A DNA stretch of 64,000 nucleotides from Octopus sinensis. Taxonomy: Eukaryota. The stretch lies in NCBI RefSeq assembly GCF_006345805.1, contig NC_042997.1:135346001-135410000 (forward strand), read 5' to 3'. A program made the translations under genes and the position numbers. The notes under the pieces are model-generated. The model was not told where the DNA came from and made no database searches. It saw only the letters and a program-made list of their open reading frames with translations. Positions 47,322 through 61,138 of this stretch are shown piece after piece (the stretch's first letter is position 1; every line of letters begins with the position of its first letter).

Positions 47322-49231
47322 GTATGTACTGGCAGCAATGTACGACTAGTAACTTCTATTCTCTGGTGTTTGTTTACCACTAGACAGACAGGGCAATTTC
47401 ACACTTGAGTATTTTAGACTCAAATTCATAAACGTGACTTTTGCCAGTAAGCACGTCACAGATGCCGCAGTTTTCCTATAGGGCTTCGCCTACGTAGTTA
47501 TCCACTTTCTGATAACAATTTTTGCTTCGATATATACTTAAACTTGAGCATCTCTGAACTTCGATGTTAATTTAAGCACAAGTTTATATTAATAGCTCCT
47601 TTGAATATTTTATCTTTAACTTGCATTTATGTTAATTCCTCTTACATTTCCTTTGTATTTCATATCTTGTGACGCTACTTAGTGTAAGTGTTACATTACT
47701 ACTATGCTACAAGGAGAGTGGACTATGATAAACTATTTAGATATCTAAACTTAACAGTAGCGGTCGTACTTCTATTTCTTCACACAAGGTACACTATATA
47801 TGTGTGCGTCTATGTATGTACGCTTGTATATATGTTTATGTATGTATGTATGAATGTATGTATGTTTGTATGAATGTATGTATGTATGTATGTATCTATG
47901 TATATATGTTTAAAATTTACAGCTATATAGTGAGTGTACGCTCTTACACGCTATTGATTTATTGCATATGCGTTTTCGTGAAAAAAGACTACTGCATTAA
48001 CCATGCAGTCACGTCGATGGCTTTACTGTGTTCTCAGACACACGCTAATATCCAAATAAAATTGCCAACCAAGTAGGGCTAAATTGCATCAGTTGTTTCT
48101 TTTATAAATTGTGCAAGGTTGCTTGGTAAAAATAGCAAACGAATTCTTTGAAGAGCATACTTGCTGTCACGACAAAGCTAGGGATTTTTGGATACACAAA
48201 ATAAGGATAAAAACAAAAATAAATGAAGATGAGTAGATAGCCTGATCAATTCGGTTGTTTAAAGGATAACTAGCGACAACTATATCCACACAGGCAGTGA
48301 GCGTTGGTGCGCCCCGAGCATATCGAGTGCAAAATCAAGTTTCATTGGAAAATACTACGCAGAAATGATAATGTATCGGAACTGAAGTAATCTTGGAGAA
48401 TACAGATAATGAAATGGGAAATATATTTTTCAGTAATTATATAAAGCACATGTACTGAAAATATTTTTTCTGAGTTGTCGTTTATACATAGATTTATGTT
48501 CTATAGCATGACACAGCTAAATTGTTTATACATATAAGCCAAGTAAAGTTGCGTGCTTAAATTTATCTTTAAAGTGCCTACCACTTAAAAGAAGTGCTCC
48601 TACTTAGCGTTACATTAATATATAATGACATAGTATTAAAGCAGACTGAATCCAACAAGATTGTAGATTTAAATAAATCATATGTATGCATTTTATAGTT
48701 TTGTATATACATATATCTATACACATGCACATACACTATCATGTGTTTAAATGTACACTGTATTTATATGAATAATATATAGTCTATTGATTAATTTTTC
48801 TACACGCCAGACCACTGGTAGTAAAAATTTCTAAAATCTTTATTACCCTGATATTATTAATTATTAATATTTTTTTCTGGATATCTTTCGAAGTAATATA
48901 TTTTTGCTGGCGACAAAAAACTGCGCTTGCGCGGTGGATTTGAATAATTATAATGTATAAGCACGAGGCACATGCTGGATTGTCTCGTACTTATATGTTT
49001 AATCTGGGCCTACCTGTTGAGGAAGTCTTCGCCTGGAAAATTATTCTATCTGCTTAAAAAAAGTCACAAACCTTGGTCCAGGAGATAGATAGTAAATGTT
49101 TTTATTTTTCATTTCCTAAGAAGTTTTCTCCCTAATAGTGATTTGGACTTTGACTGTTCCTTCTAGCGTGCAAGGAATCCTATGACCGATACCTCTTATG
49201 TGTTTAAATGTACACTGTATTTATATATATA

Positions 49232-49404
49232 TAGGGAGAATTCACAAAAAAAGACGAAGACAGGTGGTGTAGACAACAAACAGATGTATTAGTATAACGC
49301 TCGGGAAGTGAAAAATCTTTAACGTTTCGAGCCTACACTCTTCCGCAGAAAGGAACATAGAAAGAAACAAGGAGAGAAAATAAAGAATGTGTAGTGGCTA
49401 GCGA

Positions 49405-49408
<4 letters not shown>
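49232..49408 (-). mobile_element. Solo PLE-type LTR fragment (different family from 30-33 kb)
   Basis: Contains a hammerhead-like fold. Flanked by (TA)n on both sides. Confidence 0.55.
49317..49352 (-). ncRNA. Hammerhead-like motif with a variant core
   Basis: CTTT CTGCGGA A GAGT GTAG GCTC GAAA CGT T AAAG. Stems I and II are paired; A6 is replaced by C. Confidence 0.5.

Positions 49409-49478
<70 letters not shown>
49408..49478. repeat. (TA)n microsatellite
   Basis: Directly visible. Confidence 0.97.
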
Positions 49479-49479
<1 letters not shown>

Positions 49480-49759
49480 CCATTATTATATACGGGATAT
49501 GGTTGTGCTATTCATATTAAACAACTACAAATCCGAAGTCCACGTAATGAAATATTTTTACAAAATTTAATGAGCTAGATCAAATGCATTTTGCTTCAAC
49601 TGGGAATGATTCAGGGATTGATTTGGCAACTAGAAGAAGGTTCTTTATCTAGAGATATCCACAATGAAAGACATATACAGAAAAACAAAACGAGACATAT
49701 ACAGGATGAGCCACGGTAATAATTGACTGGTGCGGGCCATTTGTTTGTGTGTGTTGTAA

Positions 49760-50195
49760 TCATGATGATAATGAAGATGGCGATGACGAGGAGGAGGAAG
49801 GGGAGGAAGAGGTTTCACCACAATAGCGCGGGTAGTGGTGATTGGTGGCTAGTAGCGGGGTGGAAATAGAGGCTAGATATGGAGTTGTTGGTTATGAAGA
49901 TAATGCTGGGGGGGGGGGTACTTGGGGTTTTGTTGTTATGGAGGTGGTGCTGAAGTTTCGTCAGTGGTAGATAGTAAAATGGGTAGAGTTTACAGTAGTT
50001 TTAATATTTTGAATACAACGAAGATAATGGTGTTTGTGCTGATACTGATGGAGGTCAATATACAGAAGAATGGAGATAATGCTGATGATTGATGTTGGTG
50101 CTAGGACAATGTTATTGGATGAAGATAGTAGGGTGTGTGTGTGGTGGTTGGAGTGATTGTATTGAAAATGAACACGGTGAAGATCCTGATGATGT
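49760..50195. repeat. Decayed G-rich trinucleotide low-complexity region
   Basis: GAG/GGT/GAT-biased sequence with no coherent ORF. Confidence 0.6.
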
Positions 50196-50199
50196 TTAT

Positions 50200-52695
50200 T
50201 GTGATGAGAGTTACGACACCTCCTTGTGAGAGACAGACTGGTCTGAGCGAAGTACAAATAGCAACGATCCGAGTAGGCTCAGGGTTCGGAGTCCAGTGAA
50301 TTTCGAGTTAGTTCGCATTGAAATCGGAAGGTGTCGGTAGGTTAGTTCACAAGGAATATTGACTTTTGGTTTGTGAAGGGATTTGTCAGTTCACTACATT
50401 GTTTTTACTGTCATCTTATTTATTGTACGTAACAAATTACGTTATAATATCTGGCGACGAGGATTTCGAAGCTCACGTAAATTATTTAACAATTTGTTCG
50501 TGCTACAACTTGTTAAATAATGGAAGGCCTCTTAGCTACCATAGTACAGTTGCAAAAGCAACAACAAGAGCAGCAACAGGAATTGCAGAAGCAACTATTA
50601 CAGCAACAACTACAACAACAGCAATTATTGGAACTATATTCAAAGAAGTCCAAAACTGAAGCATTTCGAACTCGATAAATGAATTCAGTTATAACCCAGA
50701 GGAAGGTATAACTTTTGCATCGTACTACAGAAGGTACAAGGAGCAAGATTGCAAATCATGGTTGGACGAACAAACATTGAGTTTGTTATTGCGAAAACTA
50801 GCTCCGTTAGAGCATGAACGTTACTGTAATTTCATATTGCCCGAAAACCCAATGAAATTTATTTTAAAGAAACAGTAGAATTACTGTCTAACGTATTCGG
50901 TGAGAGAACTTCTCTATCATACACTTCGAAAGAGACTGTCCATTTAAAAATGAAAAAACATTACAGTTGCAAAAGAATTGGTCAAATGAGAACAAAATTA
51001 CGAAGGTCAAGCGTTAAAAATCCTAGAGGATTCTCAGCAGAAACAAAGATCGACTCCCAGAGAAGAAAATTCGTAGCGTAAAAATAAATGGAATACATAT
51101 TAAACTTCAATTGGATAGTGGAAGTGATATTTCATAGGCGAAATGTGGACTAATGTCACTTTCTCGAGGGAAAACATGCAAGGCGGAAGTCTTCGTCGTT
51201 AAAAATGCCACTGATCTTTTGGGTCCTGATTGGTTAGAATTATTCGATTTATGGGACCTCAACATAAATCTCTATTCTAAAAACGTAAATAGATGTCTCT
51301 CTAAAAATAATTAGTGTCAAGAGTTAAGGAGAAAAAAATTTTTTATAATGTTTCCGCAAGTACTCTCAGACAAACTAGGTCTATGCACGGACACTGTGAA
51401 TCCATGGGCTAGGATACATAACGACTACTCTGGACCAGTGAACGGCGCATACTATTTAATCGTTGTGGATAGCTACACAAAGTGGCCAGAGGTATGCAGA
51501 CGTAATAAACCCACAACAAAAACAATAATAAAGTTCATACTCGAGTTATTTGCTCGAAACGGTGTTCCAGACACGTTAGTTTCAGATAATGGGACACATT
51601 TCATGGGATATGAATAAAGAAATGTCTGCAAAATACATGCCATAAAGCACATCTTTACTCCGCTCTACCAACCGAGGTCAAATAAGCAGGCGGAAAGAGG
51701 TCTAAGAAAAGCTAGGAACGAGCTAGATGATGATGAGGTACTAACGAAATTTTTTAGAGCATATAGAATAATGCCAAATCCAAATACTAATTAAGGAAAG
51801 TCACCAACAGAGTTAATGTTCGCGCGTAAAATAAAATCGATCTTCGATAAACTATTGCCAGGAAATATACATATGAAGTAAAGACAAAAAATACATGTGA
51901 AGAAAATACAATATTACAAAACATTTCGAAGTAGGAGATAAAGTTCATTTCAAAAATTACAAAAATGGTAAAGAAGGTTGGGAGTATGGTTGTGTAGTCA
52001 AAAGATTAGGTAACATGATGTATTTAATTAAAGGACAACGTTCGGGACAGAAAAGGCACCTTAACCAGTTAAAGATAAGACATACAGAAGAACGAAGGGT
52101 GATACCAATAGAAGTTTTCTAGTATACGTTTGAAGCGCCAGCACCGAGAGATATTGAACCCTGTAGAACTACCTTCAGAAAACCGAAACATACTGAATAT
52201 CTGGAAGTAATACCTAAACAAAAAAGATATTAAATTTTCAAAACAGGAAAATGAATAAGAATTCTTTGTACATTGAAAAGAAAAAGTGCTGTGTGCAATA
52301 AACAATTCTACCTTAAAAGTTGGGCAGCAATTAAGATACAACAGCTAAAAGAAAACAGAGGGAGAGGTGCTGGAAAAAAAAATTAAAATATAAGAAATTA
52401 CACTTTCTCACAGTAGTCGATATCTCAAAAGCAGGGAGGTTGTGATGAGGGTTATGAGCGATAGTTGCGCAAGATAGAGTGGTCCGAGTAAAGTATAAAT
52501 AGTAACGATCCGAGTAAGTTCAGAGTTCGGAGTGGAGTGAAGTTCGTGTTAGTTAAAAGTGAAGCCGGAAGGTGTCGGTGGTTAGTTCACAAGGAATATT
52601 GATTGTCGGTTCGTAAAAAAGATTTAGTTCATTGCATTGTGTTTACTGTTGTCTGGTTATTTTATTTATTGTACATAAGAAAGTACGTTACAGCA
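50200..52695 (+). mobile_element. Internally deleted Ty3/Gypsy (Mag-like) LTR element
   Basis: LTRs 50200-50449 and 52441-52695. PBS TGGCGACGAGGAT at 50452 (complement of the tRNA-Ser(GCU) 3' end, from recall). PPT AAAAGCAGGGAGG. gag LLLRKLAPLEHERYCNFILP, protease LQLDSGSDIS and integrase PWARIHNDYSGP..VVDSYTKWPEV..LVSDNG. RT and RNaseH are absent. Confidence 0.9.
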
Positions 52696-52942
52696 AAGTT
52701 GTTGATAGAAAACATGGAAATGATGATCGCCTATGTGATTTAGATATCGTGGGTTTGGTATATATATATGTGTGTGTGTGAGTATACATATAAATATATA
52801 CATACATATATATACATCTGAAATGTTGTGGTGTATGTTGGCTGATGAAGATAAATCAAGTATATGTGTGCAGGCATATCTTGGAAAATCTGAAACCGGT
52901 CCCGGTCCCACATTATCCCTTTCTATGTATTTCATCTTTCAG

Positions 52943-52957
52943 ATGTTCTCCCTGGAG
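52943..52957 (+). CDS. Candidate 15-nt microexon (ATGTTCTCCCTGGAG)
   Basis: Near-consensus acceptor TTTCATCTTTCAG| and donor GAG|GTAAGA. Frame-preserving and open in all phases. Confidence 0.35.
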
Positions 52958-53158
52958 GTAAGACAATTTTTTTCAAGTTTGTTGCACTCACGCATTTTTG
53001 TTAGTACATACGCGGTGAAGCTATACATTAGCGTCGTATTATTACGTTCGCTATTTTCCAGTAAATATCGGTACTTCGTTGGGCCATATATTTACTTCTA
53101 TGTATAATTTTCCCTCACGTGCTATTCTTTACTGGAAAGCAATACTCTCGTATTGCAT

Positions 53159-53197
<39 letters not shown>

Positions 53198-55078
53198 AAT
53201 ATAGAATAATAAAAAGTAAAAAAATTCACTTATAGTACAAAATTACATATAAGTTCTACAACCATTTCCACAGTTAAATATTATCATCAAGTGTATATAT
53301 ATCTCTACAAGAAAGCGAGAGATAGAGAGAGAGAGGGGGTGAGGGGGAGAGAGAGAGGGGGTGAGGGGGAGAGAGAGAGAAACCATACAGAGGTAGTCGA
53401 ACTTTTGGTATATTCGGTTCAGTTGACTTTAAGAACATCAGGTGTAATTTATGCTACAGAAACTCTCCAAAACGAGACGGCTATATCTAGGCGTTATGAA
53501 AGCATAATAAGATTATCTATGACGGAAAACAAGCAATATCAATATAAGTAATTTTCATACACCATGAATCCATAAACACTGCACCTTAGTATAATGAACG
53601 ACAACTCAGAATAACGAGACTAAGATATAAAAATTCACCAACATGCATAAAATGTATGTATCTTTATCATCAGCTGCCATACAGATATTGCTATAGTTTT
53701 GACACTTGGGCAGTACCATTCAACAAGGCGGTGTCAACTGCGTTAAAAACATAAACGTTGTCTGCGAATCAGCAGTAATTAGCTGGAGCGAAATGTTAGT
53801 ATTCTATGTCCATTACATCAGCACCTGTTTGGTACTACAAGTAACAACATCAAAGTAGGCAATTAGTAATGACTTATAGTTACATACCAGTGCCTACACA
53901 ACAAAAACTAAATATATTACGGAAAATGTTATTGAGCCTTCGATACTTGATGTGATAACACGAACACAAGAAACCTCAAACCAAAAACGTAAAACGTGTG
54001 AACCACAGAACGAACAGAGACTGCTAGGGACGTTGTTTAACGATGTATATCACATTGCATACAGGATACCAAGCCAAAAACAAACCAAATAAAAATTAGA
54101 GGAATAGTATATCGCTTAACCAATGTCCTCGAACAATGTACAAGAAAACAGCCATAGATGAATGTCTTTAAATTATGTTCAACACTATAAAATAAAATTA
54201 CTGAATAACTTACTGAAAGAAAATAAAAATAAAATGAATAAAGTATAATTAGAATTAACTTATATTAAAAATTACATGTGAATAAAATCACATAATAAAG
54301 CAATAAAGATCGGGAATGACCTACCTAACTAAAACAAATAACTAATAACATGTCCAACCTACAAAGCGATTAAATAATCCATTATTTATGAAACAGTCAA
54401 TTTGTATGTTACATGGGAACAACTCAAAGTACATTTAACTTATTCAATAGACATTTATGTATGGAATTTACGTCAAAATATACACCTAAGATCTATAAAC
54501 ATTGAAAACTACGAAAATAAATATATCCTAACAAAATTATTTTACGTATAACAAAACACAATGTAGCGCAGGGAAATTAGCAGAGACCATAATTAGGTCT
54601 TAATCCCGTGATGCCAAAAGACCAAAAGTCTATCATATGTCAAATGACGGAAGTCAATCCCAGCTGCCCAACAATAGTGACGTTGTCCCCTATAGTGAAA
54701 CAACAATTACAGTGACGCTGTACACAGTAGTGACTAACAACCAAGCCCCAAAACATCAAAACAGTAACCTAACCTAAACTTGAATTAAATTTAACAGTGT
54801 TTACAAATCCAGGCCCAGCTGCATATCGGAGATCATTTCATGTTTTCTCAAAATAAGCAACGGTAAAAACATTTAACCAATCTTTTATTACTGTATGTAA
54901 ATTTAATAGGATAACGAAGAAATTGTTCGAACAGTTTCATGATAGGTAGCCTTGTGCAACAAATTCCTTAAGCTAGAGTTAAAATACATAATTAGTAGCT
55001 GATATTGTGAAGTTTCGAGTATTAAGAATTCCAGTAACTAAAAGTAATTATGCTATTAACATAAATTATTCAATTCAG

Positions 55079-55116
<38 letters not shown>

Positions 55117-55289
55117 CGGACTCATATTATGTTTTAAATCATTTATTTACTTCATGGTTACATGCTTACCAGGCATGAGTTTGCCACTAGCAGGCCAATC
55201 AGTTTTGAGTATGGGATTTTAAAGTAAACCATAGGAATTATAGGGTAATCACAAGTTTGTTTTTAAGCGACTGTATATGAAAATTTGAA

Positions 55290-56170
55290 AAACAAAGAAA
55301 TCCTTACTACCATGTCGTCTGCAAATTCCAACCGACTGACCCTACACCCGCCGATCTCGATACTTCAGTCAACCCGACTGTGCATGTCAATCCTGTCCAT
55401 AAATATGAACAAAAGTGACATTACACAACCATGGCGGAGCCCAACACTCATATTAAATATTTTCAATTTGTGTTTATCCGAACACAAATACTAGAGCATA
55501 CGCATAGGGACTCTAAGACAACAAGAAGCTGTCTATATATACATACCATACTCCAACAGAACTTTTCACAAGTTCTGTGTAACGCAATCGATGCCTTTTT
55601 AAGCTCTACGAAACAAGCATACACCTCTTGGCCATACTCTTACGATTTCTCGAACACATGCTGCAGTATGAATATTTGGTCGGCTGTGCTGCTCTGAAGC
55701 GAAAACCACTCTATTCATCAGTCAGCTTAGACGCAATGATATTCGTACATCTCTTTGCCAGACACCCACCTTAGACTCTATGGAGGATACTTAACAAGGA
55801 GACTCTTTTATAATTAGAGCAATCTCTCTTGTCTCCCCTATTTGAAAATTGTGATTATCATTCTCGGTTACCACTGCATAGGTATATTCCCAGAAATCCA
55901 GGCCAACTGGCACACATGAGTCAGCCACAAAATACCTTCTCTATTTAACGCCTTTAACATCTCGGGTCAGATTTCATTCTCTCCAGGGGTCTTGCCACAT
56001 TTGAACTTTTTAGTTTTTCTTTTGATATCCATCTCCGAGATATTAGTCATCGCTCCTAAGCACACCCCGGTACTTCAAAAGATGCTGTTCTGACCGGGTT
56101 TAGGAGATCTCTATCTCGCAAGGGTGCGCTGCTCTTCGGAAAGAAGGGTCCCAGACGAGTTCCTGATAGC
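55290..56170 (-). mobile_element. Decayed RTE-clade LINE RT
   Basis: Minus-strand translation EFADDMV, EKS*EYGQEVYACFVELKKA, a DQIFILQ-like motif and a GK.PG-like motif. Confidence 0.8.
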
Positions 56171-57394
56171 AGGCTTGAAATGGAACTTATCATGAAGTCA
56201 GGCATCTAATACAATATTCTAGTTACTGATCTAAAGTCGGATCTCAGTTTAAATTCAAATTCCCCTCATGTCTTAACCTTGGACGCTTTTACTGTCTCTG
56301 ATGCATCTTTGTAAATAAGTACTTTTGTGCATGTGTCTTCTGATAATATTCCTTCAATCAATATGTTTCTATCGAATGTCTTTTGCACGAAGTTTTATAA
56401 GCGCAGCGTTGACAACACATGGCGATTAAATGTAATTTTCGAAATAATTTTCTTTGGGTGTATTAAAGTAATCAATCAATTAAATAGACACTAACAGACA
56501 TTACAACTTCCTATGCAATTAGTATTAATTATGTTATTTTGAAGTAGAGTATCGATCAAATGGAACAAATTTGGCTACCAACGTAATGCAGTTTCATTCA
56601 ATCAGATTTCCAGTTTGTTCTTTTTAACTTTTGACGACAAATGATCCTTTTAAAAATTACTGTGGAAAAGGAAAATGAAAAGAGTAACAACCGATGATGG
56701 AAACAAGAAATCTCAACTACTCCCTGTCGAGGCACGAAATCAAAATATGATGTATGAATTTACTAACCTAGCATCCTTTGAAGTGTCCATCGTCTCCGAT
56801 CCATTACTTTGTTGGTGAATCATGGAACAGTCATAAATCAGTTTCATTATTTGACCCTACTAGAAAAACAGCGTTCAAAATAAAATCTGTTTTCGATACA
56901 TTTTCCACAGAGATGCGAAAATAATTGGTCAATGAAATATTTACACATGGACATTAATTCAAGTGCTTTCAGCTAGATTCGAAATAAATTAAAGAGGTCC
57001 GTGAAGGTCTTTTGGTGGTATCATAATTTTCTTTAATTTTTTTCTTTATCTTTACGAGCAAAGTATCCTTTTCAAAATTTACAGAGGTACAGAGAAAGGA
57101 AAAAGAATATACGCATGGAGACATGGCAAGAATGCACCAACGGGACAGAGTCTATGTATCCGAGTGAGATCTATATCATAATGGAGAAAGTTGCTTATTA
57201 ATTAGGTATGTAACAGCTACTAAAAGAAAGCAATTATTAAAGGCTTGATCGTTTGGAATTTTTTATAAATTCATATTCTTAGAAATTTCCAATAATTTCA
57301 ATTTCTGAAGTTTATTGAATTTTTGAACTCCAGTTTTTCACAAATTTAACGCAGGAAAACATGTACTTAACATTATACTTAATTACCTTAGACT

Positions 57395-58430
57395 TTAAAA
57401 AAATTACACTTGCTAATGCCATGTCACGTATTGCACACAACTTTGCTTCACAAAGGGAGAATTCGTCATTCTAAATTCAAAATTTCTCTCAGCATCACTG
57501 TCGGATCAACATGCAGTTTCAGAAAGAGAGATACAACAGGAAAGCTTATGCAGCAAGTGTATCTGTTAGTTATTGATGATATCAGTATGGGGCATAAGCA
57601 TATCTTTGAGTGCCTTGATAGGTGTTTGCGTGATGTGCGAGAATGTAACAAACCTTTTGGTGGATTTACTGTATTACTGTCTGGTGACTGGAAACAAATT
57701 CTTCCAGTTCGACGTCATAGTGTCAGATCCCAAATTGTTGATGCAGTAGTAAAGAGATCTTTTCTTTGGAATCATGCGGAAGTAGTGGAGTTGACAATTA
57801 ATCTAAGACTTCTTACAGAAGGTCATTCTGATGAAAAAGAGTTTGCTAATTACCTTCTTGATATAGGAATTGGTAACGTTTCTGTTGAGCAAAACCTGGG
57901 TGAATTCAAAATGCATGACCTTTGCTTTTAAAGTGGTACTTCTTCAGTGCTACGTGATTTTGTGTAAGCTGATCTCAAGAATATCTTCACAAACCCAATG
58001 AGTCTTGCAAATAGAACCATTGTTACTGCAACAAAGGAAGCAAGACAATTATGATTTTCTGTTGACCAGCATTCCTGGTGAGCTAAAAATATACAGAAGC
58101 TCAGATACATTGGATAATGAAACTCTGTACGTATTCGAGTCCATCAACAAATATACACCATCAGGGCTTCCACCACACATTCTCAAACTGAAGAAAAAGT
58201 CTTGTATCTTGAGAAATTTAGATGCTTCTAATGGACATTGCAATGACATACACAACATGATTGTCAGTTTACAAGATCATGCTATTGAGGATGAGGTTGC
58301 TTCTGGACTTTATGCAGGATCAACACTGCTAACCCCAAAGATACCACATGTATCTCAAGAAATGGAATTTTCATTCACATTTACACGCAAACAATTTCCT
58401 GTCAAGCCAACTTTTGTCTTGACGTGCAAA
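57395..58430 (+). pseudogene. Helitron PIF1-type helicase remnant
   Basis: LLVIDDISM, PFGGFTVLLSGDWKQILPV, ELTINLRL, FANYLLDIGIG, LPPHILKLK, LRNLD..NGHCN and FTRKQFPVK. Confidence 0.9.
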
Positions 58431-58679
58431 ATATATGTTAATATATTTTAATATAGTAACACGCTACACACCTTCTTCCAAGCATTGCTGTAAACAACAG
58501 AAGTGAACTAGAACAATATATATCAATAAAAAGGAGGTTTCGAGGTGTCTGTTATTATTTACTATCAAAACTTTTAATATTTGTTGCCAAGATTTACGTT
58601 CACTGCAAAGTAGGTTTTAAAATTTGATAAACAATATTGTGTTCTGGCGAAATTGTTCGTTTTCATTTGCAACAGTCTC

Positions 58680-58722
<43 letters not shown>

Positions 58723-58760
58723 CTCTCTCTCTCTCTCTCTCTCTATTTCTTTCTCTCTAA
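58680..58760. repeat. (CTTT)n/(CT)n microsatellite
   Basis: Directly visible. Confidence 0.95.
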
Positions 58761-60074
58761 TTGTTTTCATTGATAATAATTTACTTCATATATATTCTTT
58801 GCAAGTTTTATTTCGTTATTTCAGACGAGGCAATCAAGTATTTCATTGACTTAATTCCGCTAAATAAATGCCCCAGTTTATTGTTTATACATACTGGAAA
58901 TAATTGCAGTGGACAACATATTAAAACTTACTGAAGCTTCGAATTCATGTTACTGATTTCCTTTCCGTCGATATCTAAGATTATCAAGTGAATTTGTTGC
59001 TATGGCTATTTGATACGCTATAAGTATTAAAATATCTCTATGTGATCGCTGCTTTTTTTGCACACTAAATGTAGATGGACTACTTTGGTTTTTGTTTAAA
59101 ATAGAGTGATAAAATAATGGAAGCAATATTTACTAAGCAAGTGAGCATTAATATATAAAGAAATAATCAGACATAAAATATAAAAATTATTAGAACTGGG
59201 AATCAAATGTGAAAATATTATCAAGTGGCTTGCAGAAAAACGCCCGGAGAGCGGTCTTTCTGCTAGTGTTATGAATGGCTGCTAAGTCTCCCCTCAACAG
59301 CAAAGAAGGAATAACACATTGGATATGTAGTCCTAGGTTTCTTGTACAGATGTAAAGAGACTTTGTGGTTATGGTAGGAATGCATTGATCAGAGGTCTGT
59401 TCGATTACATTTTAGCTGAAACAATACAAAATCAAATTCAATTGACCTAGTTTGATGTAAATTCTCTTAAAGAGATTTTGAATATTATTTGGGATAATCA
59501 TGACTATTAAACTGAACATAGTTGAAAGTAATAAAATGATCTTTTAATAAATTTAGATTTTAATTATTTTTAAATCTGCACTTTTCCGTTTCTTCAACTG
59601 TCCATGGTGGTGATTGAAAAGGAAAACCACTACAGATAAAGTATGCAGCGTTCACTAGCTGGAGAAAACGTCTACTTATAATTTAAATCGAATCCTTCTG
59701 ATTTTGGTCTCGTACCCAACAGGAAGCACTTGAAATATTTTGCTTCTTTCATTGAATTTTCTCTTTCATTCTCTATTCCACTACAATATTTCAAAAAGAA
59801 TCTTTGAAATCGAAAATATAAAGGAAAAATTTAACAAAGCGGTATGTTATTAAAAATGCATTTTTTATGTTTTCAAAACAGCTTAATTTTACTCAATAAA
59901 CTAATTCAAAATAACTTCAAACGCAATTATAAGAGCCCACTGACACATATTCATACAAACACACAAACACGCACACACACACAGAAGCATATATATAAGC
60001 ATACGCACATAATTTTGCGTGTGTATTGTGCTTTAACTATTTTATTCGCAATATCCTTAAAGAAATTATGGTTT

Positions 60075-60262
60075 TGAGGCGGCAAATTTTTTTGTGACCT
60101 TTCTTCAGGCACTTTACACTCTCATTTCTACTTTCACCGAGGTCAGCTTTCCTTGTCATCATTTTGGGGTCGATAAAAGAAATGCCAGTCAAGTAAAGGG
60201 GATGATGTAATCGGTTTGATCCCGGCCTTAAATACTGGTGGCCACATGTCAAAATTCGAATG
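60075..60262 (-). mobile_element. Diverged SINE family C
   Basis: TTTTGGGGTCGATAAAA..ATGCCAGTCAAGTA and CCGAGGTCAGCTTT resemble the family C core. Orientation is uncertain (the core reads on the plus strand). Confidence 0.45.
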
Positions 60263-60693
60263 AAATATATTAAGTTAAATTTGCTCAACGAATAAATGAT
60301 TTCTGTTCACTTCAATAATATTTACTGAGTGATGAGTCAACCGTAGGTTCTAAATTATTCAATTCCATATAGATACATAAATAGTGAATGAGAGAGGCTC
60401 GCTAATATTGTAGATTACGTGTTCTACTCGTATATACACAACTGGAATCGAACTTCAATACAATTACTTAATCTTCATGATATATGCTGAATGCTCTTTT
60501 CATTAGAATGCAACAAAGACTCATACACACGCACACAACCGTATGCACACACATACGCACATACACACACACATACGCATACACACATACGCACACACAC
60601 ATACGCACACACACACACAGAGTCTCTCTCTTCTCTATCTATCTATCCCCTCTCTCTCTCTCTTGATATATAAGTATATATAATATATACTAC

Positions 60694-61110
60694 ATAGGAG
60701 TGGCTGTGTGGTAAGAAGCCTGCTTCCCAACCTCATGGTTCTGGATTCAGCCCCACTGTGTGGCAACTTGGGCAAGTGTCTTCTATTATAAACTCGGGCC
60801 GATAAAGCCTTGTGAGTGGATTTCGTAGAAGGACACTGAAAGAAGCGGGTCGTATATATATGTCTGTGTGTATGTGTATGTATGTATGTATATGTGTATG
60901 TATTTTTGTATCTGTAACACACCACATTCTCTTGACAACCGATCTTGGTGTGTTTACGTCCCCTTACATAGTGGTTCGGCAAAACTAACCGATACAGTAA
61001 GAACTAGGCTTACAAAGAATAAGTTCTGGGGTCGATTTGTTCGACTAAAGGCGGTACTCCAGCATGCCCGCAGTCAAATGACTGAAACCTGTAAAAGAAT
61101 AAAAGAATAA
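60694..61110 (+). mobile_element. Full-length tRNA-derived SINE family B (CORE-like)
   Basis: GGAGTGGCTGTGTGGTAAG (A box), GGATTCAGCCCC (B-box-like), CTTGGGCAAGTG (MIR/CORE-like) and tail GAAACCTGTAAAAGAATAAAAG. Confidence 0.8.
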
Positions 61111-61138
61111 AACAATATATGTACATATGCGTAATATA

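Noticed and set aside
43290-58430. Helitron Rep and helicase fragments as one large Helitron
   Set aside because: They are on opposite strands, point away from each other and are 12 kb apart, so they are separate remnants.
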